Assembly (NCBI GenBank): GCA_003693705.1
Contig: RBZT01000695.1
Location: 1 to 33,251, forward strand
Direction of reading: 5' to 3'
DNA length: 33,251 bases
From: Polymyxa betae A26-41
Taxonomy: Eukaryota > Protista > Endomyxa: Phytomyxea
Below are positions 1-11,900 of the stretch, in pieces. Numbering within the stretch: position 1 is the stretch's first letter; the number at the start of each line of letters is the position of its first letter. Below the pieces are notes generated by a model. The model worked only from the letters and a program-made list of their open reading frames with translations, did no database searches and was not told where the DNA came from. Made by a program: the position numbers and the translations under genes.

Positions 1-702
1 TTGTTTGGAAGGCAGCTTCAATATCGGCGCGATGATCCAGAACAATTCGTTTCGCTAACAATTCAAGAAATCAACAGCAAATGCCAAACAACGTTTGGTT
101 TGTGAGAAAACGTTTCGCTTTAGAATAATCATTCTTGAAAAGCGATTGGTCCAGCACGACGCTATGCAGGTTTGAATCGAAAAACAAACCTGCTAAGTGT
201 GCAACCGGTTGTACATTTATTGTGCAACTATTTGATAGAATCCCCTTCTACCTACCTACCGAGACGATCTCTCAACGTAGAGGGGAGCCCAAATTCAGCA
301 AGCTCGCCAGTTTGTTTGCGGACGGCCAGGAGAGCGTCCAGCTAGTTGCCTGGATCGTTCCAGTGATGATGACAATGAAGATTATGTCGCTGAGTGGGTG
401 TCCACAGTACCACGACCATGATGAGCCCGTCCCAGATATTACCACGAGCATATGTGGCTGTGGCGCTCATCATTGCTGTAAAAGCTCGGAGAAGAGTAAA
501 TAAGAAAGTCAGTAGAATTTCAAGAAGTAGGAGATGAATCACCAGTCCTCAACAAGGGGTTTTCCTGCACAAAAGGGATATTGTGCCGCTTTTTCGCCAG
601 TATACCGGTAGCCGTTGAAAATTCCGAAAAACCAAGCCAAACCAACCAAAAGTCAGTAGAAGATCGAATCACCGTTTCATGTAGTGGAGATATCGATGGG
701 TT
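1..702 (-). CDS. Multi-exon protein-coding gene running off the left edge; 5' exons unresolved (probably within 703-1320); weak resemblance to divergent group II chaperonin-like BBS10/BBS12/MKKS proteins
   Basis: Phase-consistent exons 702-673, 564-543, 475-411, 341-260 and 54-1, all with GT-AG introns, splice to the open frame NPSISPLHETENPLLRTAMMSATATYARGNIWDGLIMVVLDALLAVRKQTGELAEFGLPSTLRDRLAKRIVLDHRADIEAAFQT. The function is a guess. Confidence 0.5.
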
Positions 703-1376
703 CTGTACTTAGAAATGCAGAGGCTACATGGTGTCCATAATTATAAATGATCGATGTTCATTGTCTTCGAAGTGGTCACTTTAGTCTTCAGTTTGATGCA
801 TCTGCCTGCCGCTCTTCCAAGGTAAAGACATGTTATTGTAAACTAGATCATAGTATCGGAGTATCGTTGCAGCCCTTTGATTCTGGGATCGGAGGAGATA
901 TCGGGTGCGCCGATGTCGGTGCAGGCGGCTTCTACGACCCCCTTACTGATCATGATGTCCATGCTGGCCATTGTGCTGGCCGCTTGCCTGCGCAAGTGAT
1001 CAACCTGCACTGGCCCTGTTGGCTTTCCAGGAAAAACTACAAATCGTTCTGAAATTTCCAAATTACAATACACAATTTATTTGAGACCTTCCAGATCATG
1101 ATCTGATTACGAGATGAGCGCTCTGCTGACATAACGAAATAATGCATTGTCATGACCGCAATATCAGGAATTGATCTGATGCTGAGCCCTTCCAATTGGC
1201 TAAAACAAAGACGAACTTCAAATCGAAAGAGCACACCGTCAGAACATTTTTGACAAAAAACTGGAGCACATCATCGTTATTTTCAGTTTAAATAATTTGC
1301 GCAGGCCGCGTTGCCGCTCATGTTTTTGTTTTGAGGAAATTTCTTTTTCTCATCAAACCGAAGTGAAGGTTTAATA

Positions 1377-3308
1377 ATGGGCGGCTGCGCCCGCTCATTG
1401 AATCTTGTTGCCGATCTCAAAGGTCAAATGGGAGTTCCTGCTCGTTTTGGTCTGCTATTGAACTGGCTCGTTGACAGGCCATGAGGATGTCGTGTGGAAT
1501 GTAGCCTGGGCACCTGGCAAGCGTGTTCTAGCATCTTGCGGATCCGATAAGACCATTCGGATCTGGAACCGACAGAATCGTGACGACTCCAGCTGGGTTT
1601 GCACTTCTGTATTAGAAAGTGTCAGTTTAAACTTCAATTTCTCTACGTTTGGTAAATTATTCCGTTTCGATGAGAGCGTTAGATAAGCAACTTTCAAATG
1701 TTTCATCGCTTCCTTTCATACACTTTTTAGGCTTAAGGTTTGATTTGTTCTATTTATCCGATTTGTTTTATTAAATATAACATTGTTGCGATGTTAGAAC
1801 TTTGGCTTTCGTTCTCTTCAAAAAGTGTTTTCCAATCTTTTTTATGCGATACAAAGGGGCACCGACGAACGGTTCGTTGCTTGGCTTGGTCACCGAATGG
1901 TTCTCTGCTGGCGTCCGGCGGTTTCGACGGCATCGTCTGTATCTGGCAGGAGAACGACGACCATGAGTTCACGTGCATCGCCACCCTAGAGGGGCATGAG
2001 AACGAGGTCAAATCGATCGCATGGTTGACCTGTTCAGAGCAGCCGCTATTAGCTACATGCAGTCGTGATAAGACTGTTTGGATTTGGGAATGTAAGTGCT
2101 GCTCTTTGCTTAAGCGCTGCTCTTTGTTTCTCAGAGAATTTTCCTTTTTCGATCGTAATTTTTCGTCTACATTTGACTGTCGTTTACTGTTTACTTTAAC
2201 ATTTCCTGATAATGTACCTTCCCCTCTTGTTGAATTGCTTGTATAATTAAGCTTTCTCTTTATTTGTGGTTCGCGCCACAGTTATGATCCCGCTCTCTAC
2301 TGATTTGGTTCCTTTAGTGACCGAAGATAACGAGTTCGAATGTCTATCAGTTTTGCAAGGCCATTCTCAAGATGTCAAATTCGTCAGATGGAGTCCATCG
2401 CAACGAATGTTGATCTCAGCTTCGTAAGCTACAGCGAAACGTGGCCATGCCCCAATCCTTATCATTGCACCGCTGGGCAGGTACGACGATACGATGAAGA
2501 TCTGGGCGGAAGACGAAGACGATTGGTTTTGCGTTCAGACGCTGAGGGGTCACAGATCCACTGTCTGGGCGATTGCTTTCCTGGATCCGGACGGTGTTGA
2601 ATTTGGTAATCAGCGTTTACAAGTCCATCTGAAGTTTTCTGATTGTGGGAATCCATAATTCCGTTGCTTGTTGACAAACTTTGCTATTTTATTATCTTAC
2701 AAAGACTATATAATCGTCTTGCTTTTTCGAAGTGAACGATCCGTCTTTACCGAAGCGAGAATTATGTTTTGGTCTCATAATTTGCTGTCCTGTTCTCTGG
2801 AGGAGACTTGTCTTAAATCTGTTTATAGTTTCGGCAAGTGATGACCGGACTTTCATTGTCTGGAGAAATTCTCAGCATAGCCAACTTGCATCTCAAGGTT
2901 TTTGATTCTGTCTGGTATCCCAAACTCTGAATTTAACTCTGACCAATAGCGCAATGGGATAAGGTTGCTGTCATATCAGGCTATCATGACCGTCCGATCT
3001 TTACAATATCGTCGTGTGTGGGCCTTCCCCAACCTGTGGTTACTTCCGGTGGAGGTGATGATAAGATCTGCCTGTTCACTGTAAAATCAGTATCGGACAA
3101 CGAGGTATTCTGCTACAGCTCCTATGCCGTCCAATGTTTCATCGATTCTTCACAGGACGACCCGGAGCCGCTAGAGCTCGCCTCTGTTATACCGAATGCA
3201 CATGCTGGCGAAGTGAACTGTTTGGCGTGGTCATCTGATCTGAATCCGCCGTTGCTAGCTTCCGCTGGGGACGATCATATTGTTAAACTTTGGTCCTTGA
3301 CCGATTAA
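1377..3308 (+). CDS. CIAO1: Cytosolic iron-sulfur assembly WD40 protein CIAO1/Cia1 (about 8 exons)
   Basis: ATG at 1377, TAA at 3306-3308. WD40 repeats with CIA1-typical strings: [135 protein letters not shown]. Confidence 0.95.
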
Positions 3309-4126
3309 TACCATTTTGTTGGAAGCAAATTCAGGAATGAACCTTTTTTATTTCCTCTTTCGCCTGCGCCAATCTTGTAACTATCAAATTGTCACAGAGT
3401 TTGTAGGCTGTGCAATCTCTGATAATGAGGTAGGATCTTACGTATTTAGAAAGCCCGTGATTGATGATGATGATGTTCCAGTAAATAAACAGCGATTTCG
3501 AAATATCTTGGTCAATCCGTTGGCTCTTTGCAGGTTACGTTGAAAAAGGAGTTTCTCGGTATTTAATCATCACCAAATACGTCAGAATGACGTACAGTAC
3601 ACCCGGGAGTGAAAGCTCTCTCCGCCAGCGACCATACTGCCCTAATGCTTGTCGATGAAACAATCGAGCCTGTCTCATTCAGCTACTGCAAGTTAGGCAT
3701 GTTTGGGTCAGCTATGTGTTTTTTCCAAACTGATGTTTCTGAAAAATTCGCTCTGCACAGAAAAATGATTTCCTTCAGGAAAAACGGAGCACTCCCACCA
3801 ATTATAAAACCGGTATAAGTCGAATGGCGCACCGGGGCGATTCCATTTCTACCTTCAGATTGACAATTTCTTGCAACAGCACAAAGATCTAATGCTTAAT
3901 CTTAATGACAAAGATGATCAATTTTGGATCAGAAACCTTTTGCAGAACATCAAAAGCAAGAGCAACTAACCTAGCTTTTAACAATGCTGCTGCAGCGAAT
4001 GAAAGCGATAACCCTCCTCAGCTGGCCATTGTGTGAACAACAGACAGACGACCGACTAACTCCTGTCAACCGCTTCAGTGTTTGGCAAATTTCCAAAGAT
4101 TTCACAAGCAAATCTATATTTCTTGT

Positions 4127-5709
4127 TTATACATTTTTTGATTTCTTTTTGTTTTGTCGACGCTTTTTCTTGGGAGGCTTACTAGCCTCGCAGCGTTCGA
4201 CCCCGATGTCTTTGCCCTCTTGCTCAGTTTCGGATTCCTCATCCCAAGCAGAACCTTGTCCCAATCCAATCGAATTTCTTGCACTTAGATCTGACAACGC
4301 TGACTGAATAGCTTCTTTGCTTTGTGCTGATGTCACCTAGAGCGGTCATCAGATCATGATGTCAATTGCAGGTTAACTCCAAACCTTCTTGACAACAACG
4401 GAAACAACACCAGGTTTGACCTCGGTGAGCTCTGACACAGTGTTGATATTCCCTGCAGGTTTCTTCTTGACCAACACATCGAAATCAATAGCATCGTCTA
4501 CGTCGTCGCCGTCCTTCTGGAGGGCGTCCGCTTCATTTGTATTTTGTGGAAATATTTTGTAGCATTTCGATGTCATTCCACTGACGGGATGTGAATCCAA
4601 AGTCTTTAGAGCTGGAAACATAGCACGGATGGTACTTTTGTAATCGTCATGGTCGCAGATGGGGTTGCCGAGAAGATTCAGATGCTGTAAGGATGGGAGA
4701 GTTTTCAGCGGTTTTAACGCATCAAATGATGTTATACGATTACGACCGAAGTCGACTAGTTCCAGCTTGGCGTTATTTTCGATCACGATGGGAATTGAGG
4801 TGAATCTATTGTCATTGAGACGCAACTTGGTCAGCCCATGAAGAGCAGCGAAGGTCCTCGGAAGCGAAGACAGGCGATTGTGAGATGCTGAAAATGTATC
4901 CAATCTAAGAAAATATGTCAACCCTTGTAATCACGATTGAATTATAGAAAAAATCGAAAACGAAGGATTGCTAGAGATTGATGCTGATCAGCGGAAAATA
5001 TAGTAAAGTGAACAATAACTGGAAGAAAAATGCAATGACCCATCAGTAATAAAAAGCACGTCGTTTTAAAAACCGAAGCAAAAGGACAAATAAAATAATG
5101 ATAACAAGATGTTCAGAGATGAAAGACAAGGCTTTACAAAAGATAAAATGACAAGCAACCGACGATTTCAAGCCAGGCCAAGCAACATCTGTAACATCAT
5201 CAAGTTCGTTGTGTGAAACAACAAGAGTTTTCAGACACTGTAATCCTTTAAGCTTAGGAAGACGACGTAATTTGTTATGGCCGAGTAAAAGCGCCACGAG
5301 AGAAGCGAATTTCGGTAATCCCTGGACCAAAATTAGCATTGCTTGGAAGCCGCAGATACCACGCCATTCGTGAAAAGCATACATCTATCTGGATCAGTTC
5401 ATTGCGTGAAAGATTCAGGAATTTCAGATTTTTCCAGTTCATGAGATCCTCAGCGACCAACTGTTTGATATTGCAGTTTGAGGCGGAGACATATTCGAGA
5501 TCGGTATTGTCTCGGATGCCGTGAAGAGATTCGATCGGGTTCCGATCCAGTTCAATTCGCCGCAGTATGACCATCTCGCTGATATCATCCAGCTCGGTGA
5601 AGCCCTGATCTACAACCTTAACCTTCGTCATGGTTCGGTGATCAGTGCCAACACAGCCATAGGCAGACGCCTGCAGTGCATTGAGGATGCGTTTGGGTTT
5701 ATCATCCAT
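4127..5709 (-). CDS. Leucine-rich repeat protein (SDS22-like repeats plus LRRcap) with a charged tail ending in a basic NLS-like stretch
   Basis: ATG at 5709 (MDDKPKRIL). Introns 5382-5322, 5163-4905 and about 4384-4337. Repeated LxxLxLxxNxI units, cap LNLLGNPICDHDDYKSTIRAMFPALKTLD, tail GLGQGSAWD...PPKKKRRQNKKKSK. Confidence 0.85.
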
Positions 5710-5994
5710 GATGCTGTCAGATCCTGGAAGAATGTTCCCAGGCAGGGATCGATGAAAGAACAGTCTCAAGAAATGCGAATCGCAATTTTAAAACCTGAGG
5801 GAACCCGCAACTGGAAAATCTGCGCAATTTCAAAACATCCCGTAATTTTCAATGACATGAGAAACATAAACTGTAACATTCATGGACAATTCTGTAAAAT
5901 GCTGCAAATGGTGCGTAGAGATAACTGCGCAGTTTGGCATCTGCGGTTGGGCAATTCTCGTTAACCACCACCGTGGTGACGTTGTAGGGTGTTG
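5710..5994. promoter_or_regulatory. Probable bidirectional promoter region between the LRR gene and BRR2
   Basis: 285 bp between head-to-head start codons; no specific element identified. Confidence 0.4.
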
Positions 5995-8900
5995 ATGGAG
6001 GACATCGAGAAGCTCACACAATATGGCTACAAGGCCAATGCCAACTTGGTCTTGAATGCTGAGAAAAGGCCTCGCGATCTGGGCCCGACTGGCGAGGTAC
6101 TGGCATTGCCCGAGAGCAGCAATCCTAAGGAGCTTCGCAAATTGATGGGTGCTCGGTAATTTCTCGGCTTCTTTCGTGTTTTGCATTGTAATGGATGTTC
6201 TGGATCCAGAGCGGTCACTTCGACCGCTGAGGCTGATTCCGATTTACGTAAGCGTGTCGAGAAAAGGAGAACAGCGGCTGCAGCCGGGCAGGTGTCAACT
6301 GTTATGCAATCGTTAAAGAAAGCGTCGAATATCCTTGATGTGGACGTTTCTTGTACGTTTTGTTTTGAATTTTTCAGATGAATCTTGAAATAACAATTGA
6401 TTCAGCCACATACGAGCCAAAAACACAGGAAACGAAAAGGATCTTTTCAAATTTAATGGCGATTGCGAATCAGTTGATGGGCGGTCAATCACACGCCGTT
6501 GTGCACAGTGCCTGCGAAGAAATTCTTGATATTGTCAAATCAAAAGAAGGGTACTTCATTCGGCAGCATTCCAAAGATATGTGCTCAGCTATATGTAGTG
6601 GTAGCGGGCAAGCTGGAGCCGCTTTGGCAGGCACCAAAGACGAGATTAGTCACCTTCTCAACTGTCATATTGACGATGATACATTCCGTCAGATGCTGTC
6701 CCTCTGTGGGCGAGTGAATGATTTCCAGAAGGTTGGGCCTTTGTCTTCGTTGAATGCGACATTTCTTACGTTTTGGAATTTTTGTTAGGAATATTCCATT
6801 TTTTTGAACGGAAAGTAATTTTTGAATTAATGATTTTGTTTATTGTCATCCACAGAGATTCGTCGTGCTGGTTATCTAACTTCTTGTTTATTGCGTTCAC
6901 TTTGAATCAAAAATGTTTTCTTATATTGTTCTTTTTGGACTTTCTTTTCGGAACACGTTATAATTTCAAGCAGATCGCAGACGCTGAAGACGGCATGGAT
7001 GAGGATCTGGGTGTTGCTGTTGTCTTTCAAGGTAGAGTTCCTTTTTCGTATGTATTTCGGGTAACTCAGTCTTGCCAAAGATGAAGAGAACGAAGGCGAC
7101 GACATGGACGGCGCTGGTAGCGAGCTGGACGAAGTCCTCGACAGTGAATCGGAAGCTGAAGAAGATGAGCAGGGTCCGACTTTGGTCCAGAAAGAACAAT
7201 CCAATGATGTCGATGTTGACGGTCACGGTGATCTAATGCAGGTTGGCGTCGCATTAATGTTCGCTTTCAGTCTTCAATATAATTTTAGAACGAAACCTCC
7301 GCGGATATGGTGAATCCGAAAGAGGTCGATGCCTTCTGGCTCCAGAGGCAAATATCGACTTTCGTCGGAGATCCTGTTGAGGCCCAATCAAAGGCCGAAC
7401 AAATTCTTTGTATGCTGTATAATTTCTTGTCATTTCTTTTCTGACAATTGTGTTTAGCGATTTTTGCCCAATCGATGGACGTTCGGGCGATGGAAAACGC
7501 TGTCGTCAGAACAATTGGCTTTGAGAATTTCGCCTTCGTCAAGATTCTGTTGCTTAATTGGCAGACCATTCTGTGGTGCACACGATTGGCTCGCGCTAGG
7601 AACGACGCTGATCGCGCTCGGATCGAAGATACTATGTTCGCCCAACCGGCTTTACGTGGTCTTCTGCAATCATTGCATGTGACACGAGGGACGGCTGCTG
7701 CTCGTGGGAAAGACCTGGAAAGATCGCTTCATAAAGAAGCAGCGGCCTTGAAGAAAGGTGCCGCTGGTCCTGAGCAAGCGGGACAGGAACGTGCTTCGGA
7801 ATGGGGCACAGCTCGCCGACCCGCTACTAAAGTTCTCGATCTACAATCGCTTACTTTTCAGGAGGGTGGCCATTTCATGAGTAACACGCAATGGGTACTA
7901 CCCAAGAACTCTTGGAAAAAAGACCATAAAGGTTGATTTTCTCATTTCCTTTGATTTTCGTACATTTATATGCTGTCTGTAAGGTTACCAAGAGATCTTC
8001 GTTCCAGCACCAACCGCCGCCAAACCGTCGGTATCCTCTCTAGTCCAGATCACTTCAATGCCAAAATGGGCACAATCTGCCTTTGGCGGGTGCGCTGAAT
8101 ATCGAACTGCTGTTGCCATGACTGATTTATGACCAGGTCGTACAAAGCCCTAAACCCTGTGCAATCGCGTGTTTATCGCCATGCTCTGCTCTCTGCTGAG
8201 AACTTGCTGCTGTGTGCACCGACGGGGGCGGGCAAGACCAACGTCGCTATGCTCTGTGTCTTGCGTGAAATCGGTCTGCACATTAACAAAGAGACGGGCC
8301 AGGTCGACTTGTCTGCTTTCAAGGTTGGTCTGATGTCGTGCTGGTTCGCTGTCTGATTACCTCTGTGTAGATGGTATATGTGGCTCCAATGAAATCTTTA
8401 GTGCGGGAGATGGTGGGCACCTTCTCAGAACGCTTAAAGAGCTACGGGATCGTAGTTCGGGAGCTCTCTGGTGACACAACTCTATCCCGCGATGAGATCA
8501 AGGATACTCAGATACTGGTGACCACTCCGGAGAAATGGGATATTGTTACTAGGAAGAGTGGATATTCTGCCATTGCTAGTCTCGTCAAGCTGATCGTTGT
8601 TGATGAAATCCATCTTCTTCATGATTCACGAGGGCCCGTGTTAGAAGCTATCATCAGTCGTACTGTTCGGGAAATCGAGGTAACATTAACATTTCATGAC
8701 CATGGGTCCGCTAAATGACCCTTTTTAGCAAACACAAGAAATGACCAGAATTGTGGGTCTTTCAGCAACATTACCCAACTATGACGATGTTGCAGAGATG
8801 CTCCGCGTTTCTAAATCTGGCTTGTTCGTATTCGATCACACGTTCCGACCTTGTCCTCTACAACAAATCTATATCGGAGTCACTGCCAAGCGTCCTTTCA

Positions 8901-11900
8901 AGCAATATCAGGTGAAATCAAGCTGTCTGTGGTCTTTAGTTTATCTTGGACGATTTGGTTTTTGCTTTTATTTTGAACAAATTGATTCCTGCACTTTCCT
9001 GTTTTCCTCCGATTTTGCACACGGTTTTTATTGTAAATCGGTATTTGACGGAGACTTGTTGTGACCAGATGATGAATGATCTATGCTGGGAGCGTGTTCG
9101 TGAGCAGGCTGGTAAGAACCAAATTCTGGTTTTTGTCCACTCACGTAAAGATACTGCCACAACTGCTCGTTTTCTGCGAGACAAAGCGCAGGAGACTGAC
9201 GCACTGCAGTATTTCGTGGCTCCTACATCAGGCTCTATGGCCATTTTATTGGAAGAATCGAAAGCTGTTCAGTCTCAGGATCTCAAAGACTTAATTCCAA
9301 CTGGTCTCAGTTAAAAAACGCGACTGAAGCCGTACTGACGCTGTCGATTAGGGTTCGGTATTCACCACGCTGGTCTATCTGTCACCGATAGACGTCTGGT
9401 CGAAGATCTGTTCGCCGAAGGACACCTGCAAGTCTTGGTCTCTACCGCTACATTAGCATGGGTGTGTCATTGGGTTTATGGTTTCTTGCTGTTAACCGCA
9501 ACTTACAGGGTGTCAACCTGCCAGCCCATTCAGTCATTATCAAAGGCACGCAGGTCTATTCGCCGGAACTTGGTAAATGGACGGAGCTCTCCATGCTTGA
9601 TGTCATGCAGATGCTGGGTCGTGCTGGGCGACCTCAGTTCGACACCTACGGCGAAGGTGACTTGGCGTGCTGTATCCTTTTTGCACACTAAATGCTTTCT
9701 TGTACTGCAGGCACGATTTTGACCACGCACAAAGAGTTGAAGTTCTATATGTCACTGCTGAACGAACAACTGCCTGTCGAATCTCAACTGTTGTCTCGAT
9801 TACCGGACTCCTTGAATGCCGAGATCGTTCTTGGCACAGTCCGCAACGCTCGCGAAGCATCTCAGTGGCTATCGTACACATACTTGTACGTCCGAATGAA
9901 GAACGCTCCCCATTTATACGGACTCACTGAGGTAATCGCTGTGTGTCGGATTGGCTCTGACCTAATCATTGATTTTGTTCTATCTGTCTCAGGAGGATGT
10001 TGAAGAGGATCCGACTCTTGAACAGCGACGTCTGGATTTGATTCACTCGGCGGCCACCATTCTGGGTGGGTTCAATTTAGTGGGCTTGTACGGCGCACGA
10101 CTGATACCACTGGTTCAGATCGCGCTGGTCTGGTACAATATGAACGCAAGAGCGGAACGCTGCAAAGCACGGAACTTGGCCGCGTGGCTTCGCATTACTA
10201 CTTGTCGTACCGATCCATGTCAACATTCAGTGAATATCTGAAACCGATCATGTCGGATATCGACTTGTTACGTGTTTTCTCGCTGTCCGAAGAGTTCAAA
10301 CAGATCGGCGTTCGTGAAGAAGAGAAAATCGAACTGGCCAAATTATGTGATAAGGTTCCCATTCCGGTTAAGCAGACTCTGGACGAGCCCAGTGCCAAAG
10401 TCAATATTCTGTTACAAGCGTATATTAGCCGATTGTCGATGGAGGGTTATGCCCTTCTCGCTGATCTTGTCTATGTCACACAATCGGCCGGCCGTTTGAT
10501 GCGCGCCCTTTTTGAAATCTGTCTTAGGCGAAAGGTTGCTTTTTTTCGCAACTGTATTTTTTAATGTGTTTCTGACTTGCTGAATATTGCCGTCTTGTAG
10601 TGGGCGGATAACGCTGCTCGTGTTTTGCGTCTATGCCAGATGGTCGATCATCGTATGTGGGCTGTTGAAACACCCCTGCGTCAATTCACTGGCAAGCAAC
10701 GTCTGCCATCCGATGTTCTTCGTAAATTGGAAAAGACGCATCTGGCATGGGATGCTATCTGCGACCTGGAAGTACACCAGATTGGTGAATTAATCCGTCT
10801 CCCAAAACTCGCCAAGCAGGTCCATCGTCTGATTCATATGATACCGAAGCTGGATGCTAGGTCTGGATTATCGATTAATCTGTTTATTTTAACTTATTGA
10901 ACGGTCAGTGCAACATTCCAACCAGTTACTCGGACAACCCTTCGAATAGATCTGACTTTGACCGGCGATTTCCTCTATGATGCCAATGTCCACGGCTCTT
11001 CACAATCGTTCTGGATTCTGGTCGAAGATCAGGATGCGGAACAGGTTGGCTATCTTTATTCAGGATCTTCGTATCACTAATTCATCCACTCAGATTCTCC
11101 ACCACGAGATGTTCGTTCTTCGAGGCGCCTTTGTTCAGCATCCGCATACATTATCGTTTACCGTCCCTATTCTGGAGCCGATGGCTCCTCAATATTTCAT
11201 TCGTATTTTATCTGATCGGTTAATGCATGCTGGAGCTACACTGCTTTATAGACTCAGTGCGTGTTATAGATGGCTGGGGTCGTCGACCGTCCTGCCTCTC
11301 AGTTTCCGCGATTTAATCCTGCCGGATCGGTTTGCACCTCCAACTGAACTGCTCGATCTGCAGCCGCTGCCAGTCCGTGATCTTGCTGACCAACGTTTCA
11401 TCGACCTGTATGGTGTTGATTTCCGCTTCTGTCACTTCAATAATGCATACTTGCTCAGATACGAGTTCGGCACTTTCAATGCGGTCCAGACACAAGTATT
11501 CCCATGTCTGTTCCAAACCGACCAGAACGCTCTGGTTACGTGTCCAACTGGAACGGGGAAGACCGCCTGCGTCGAGTTCGCTTTGTTCCGCATGCTGCAA
11601 ACGTACCCGAATGGTCGTGCTGTCTACTTGGCGCCGAATGCGGCCCTGGTTCAGGCCACATTATCAAGTTGGCTTGAACGACTCGGTTTGAATTTGTTGG
11701 TCGATGCTTGAGTTTCGTGTTTAAAGTGAAATAGGTTCTTTTGTTCGTATTGGTCTGCTTTCAGGAGATATGCAGTCGGATCTGCAGATCTTTACAGCTT
11801 CTCAGGTTATTGTCTCCGACCCAACGAGCTTTGATGCGCTTTCACGGAAATGGCGTTCTCGTCCAGTCCTGCAGAATATCAATCTCGTCATTGTTGACGA

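Noticed and set aside
1731-1737. Possible 7-nt microexon (ag|GCTTAAG|gt) within a long CIAO1 intron
   Set aside because: Inclusion would shift the frame of the conserved WD40 repeat; no support without transcripts.
2098-2127. Direct repeat GCTGCTCTTTG twice at the start of a CIAO1 intron
   Set aside because: Short local slippage-type duplication with no element between the copies.
3971-4030. Minus-strand ATG GCC AGC TGA GGA... as a possible selenoprotein start
   Set aside because: No CxxU/UxxC context, the frame closes after the next plausible splice, and I found no SECIS.
9672-9681. GTATCCTTTT, a perfect U12-type 5' splice-site motif inside a BRR2 intron
   Set aside because: The conserved GEGTIL sequence places the donor at 9657; using 9672 would insert five residues, leave a 39-nt intron, and there is no TCCTTAAC-like branch site.
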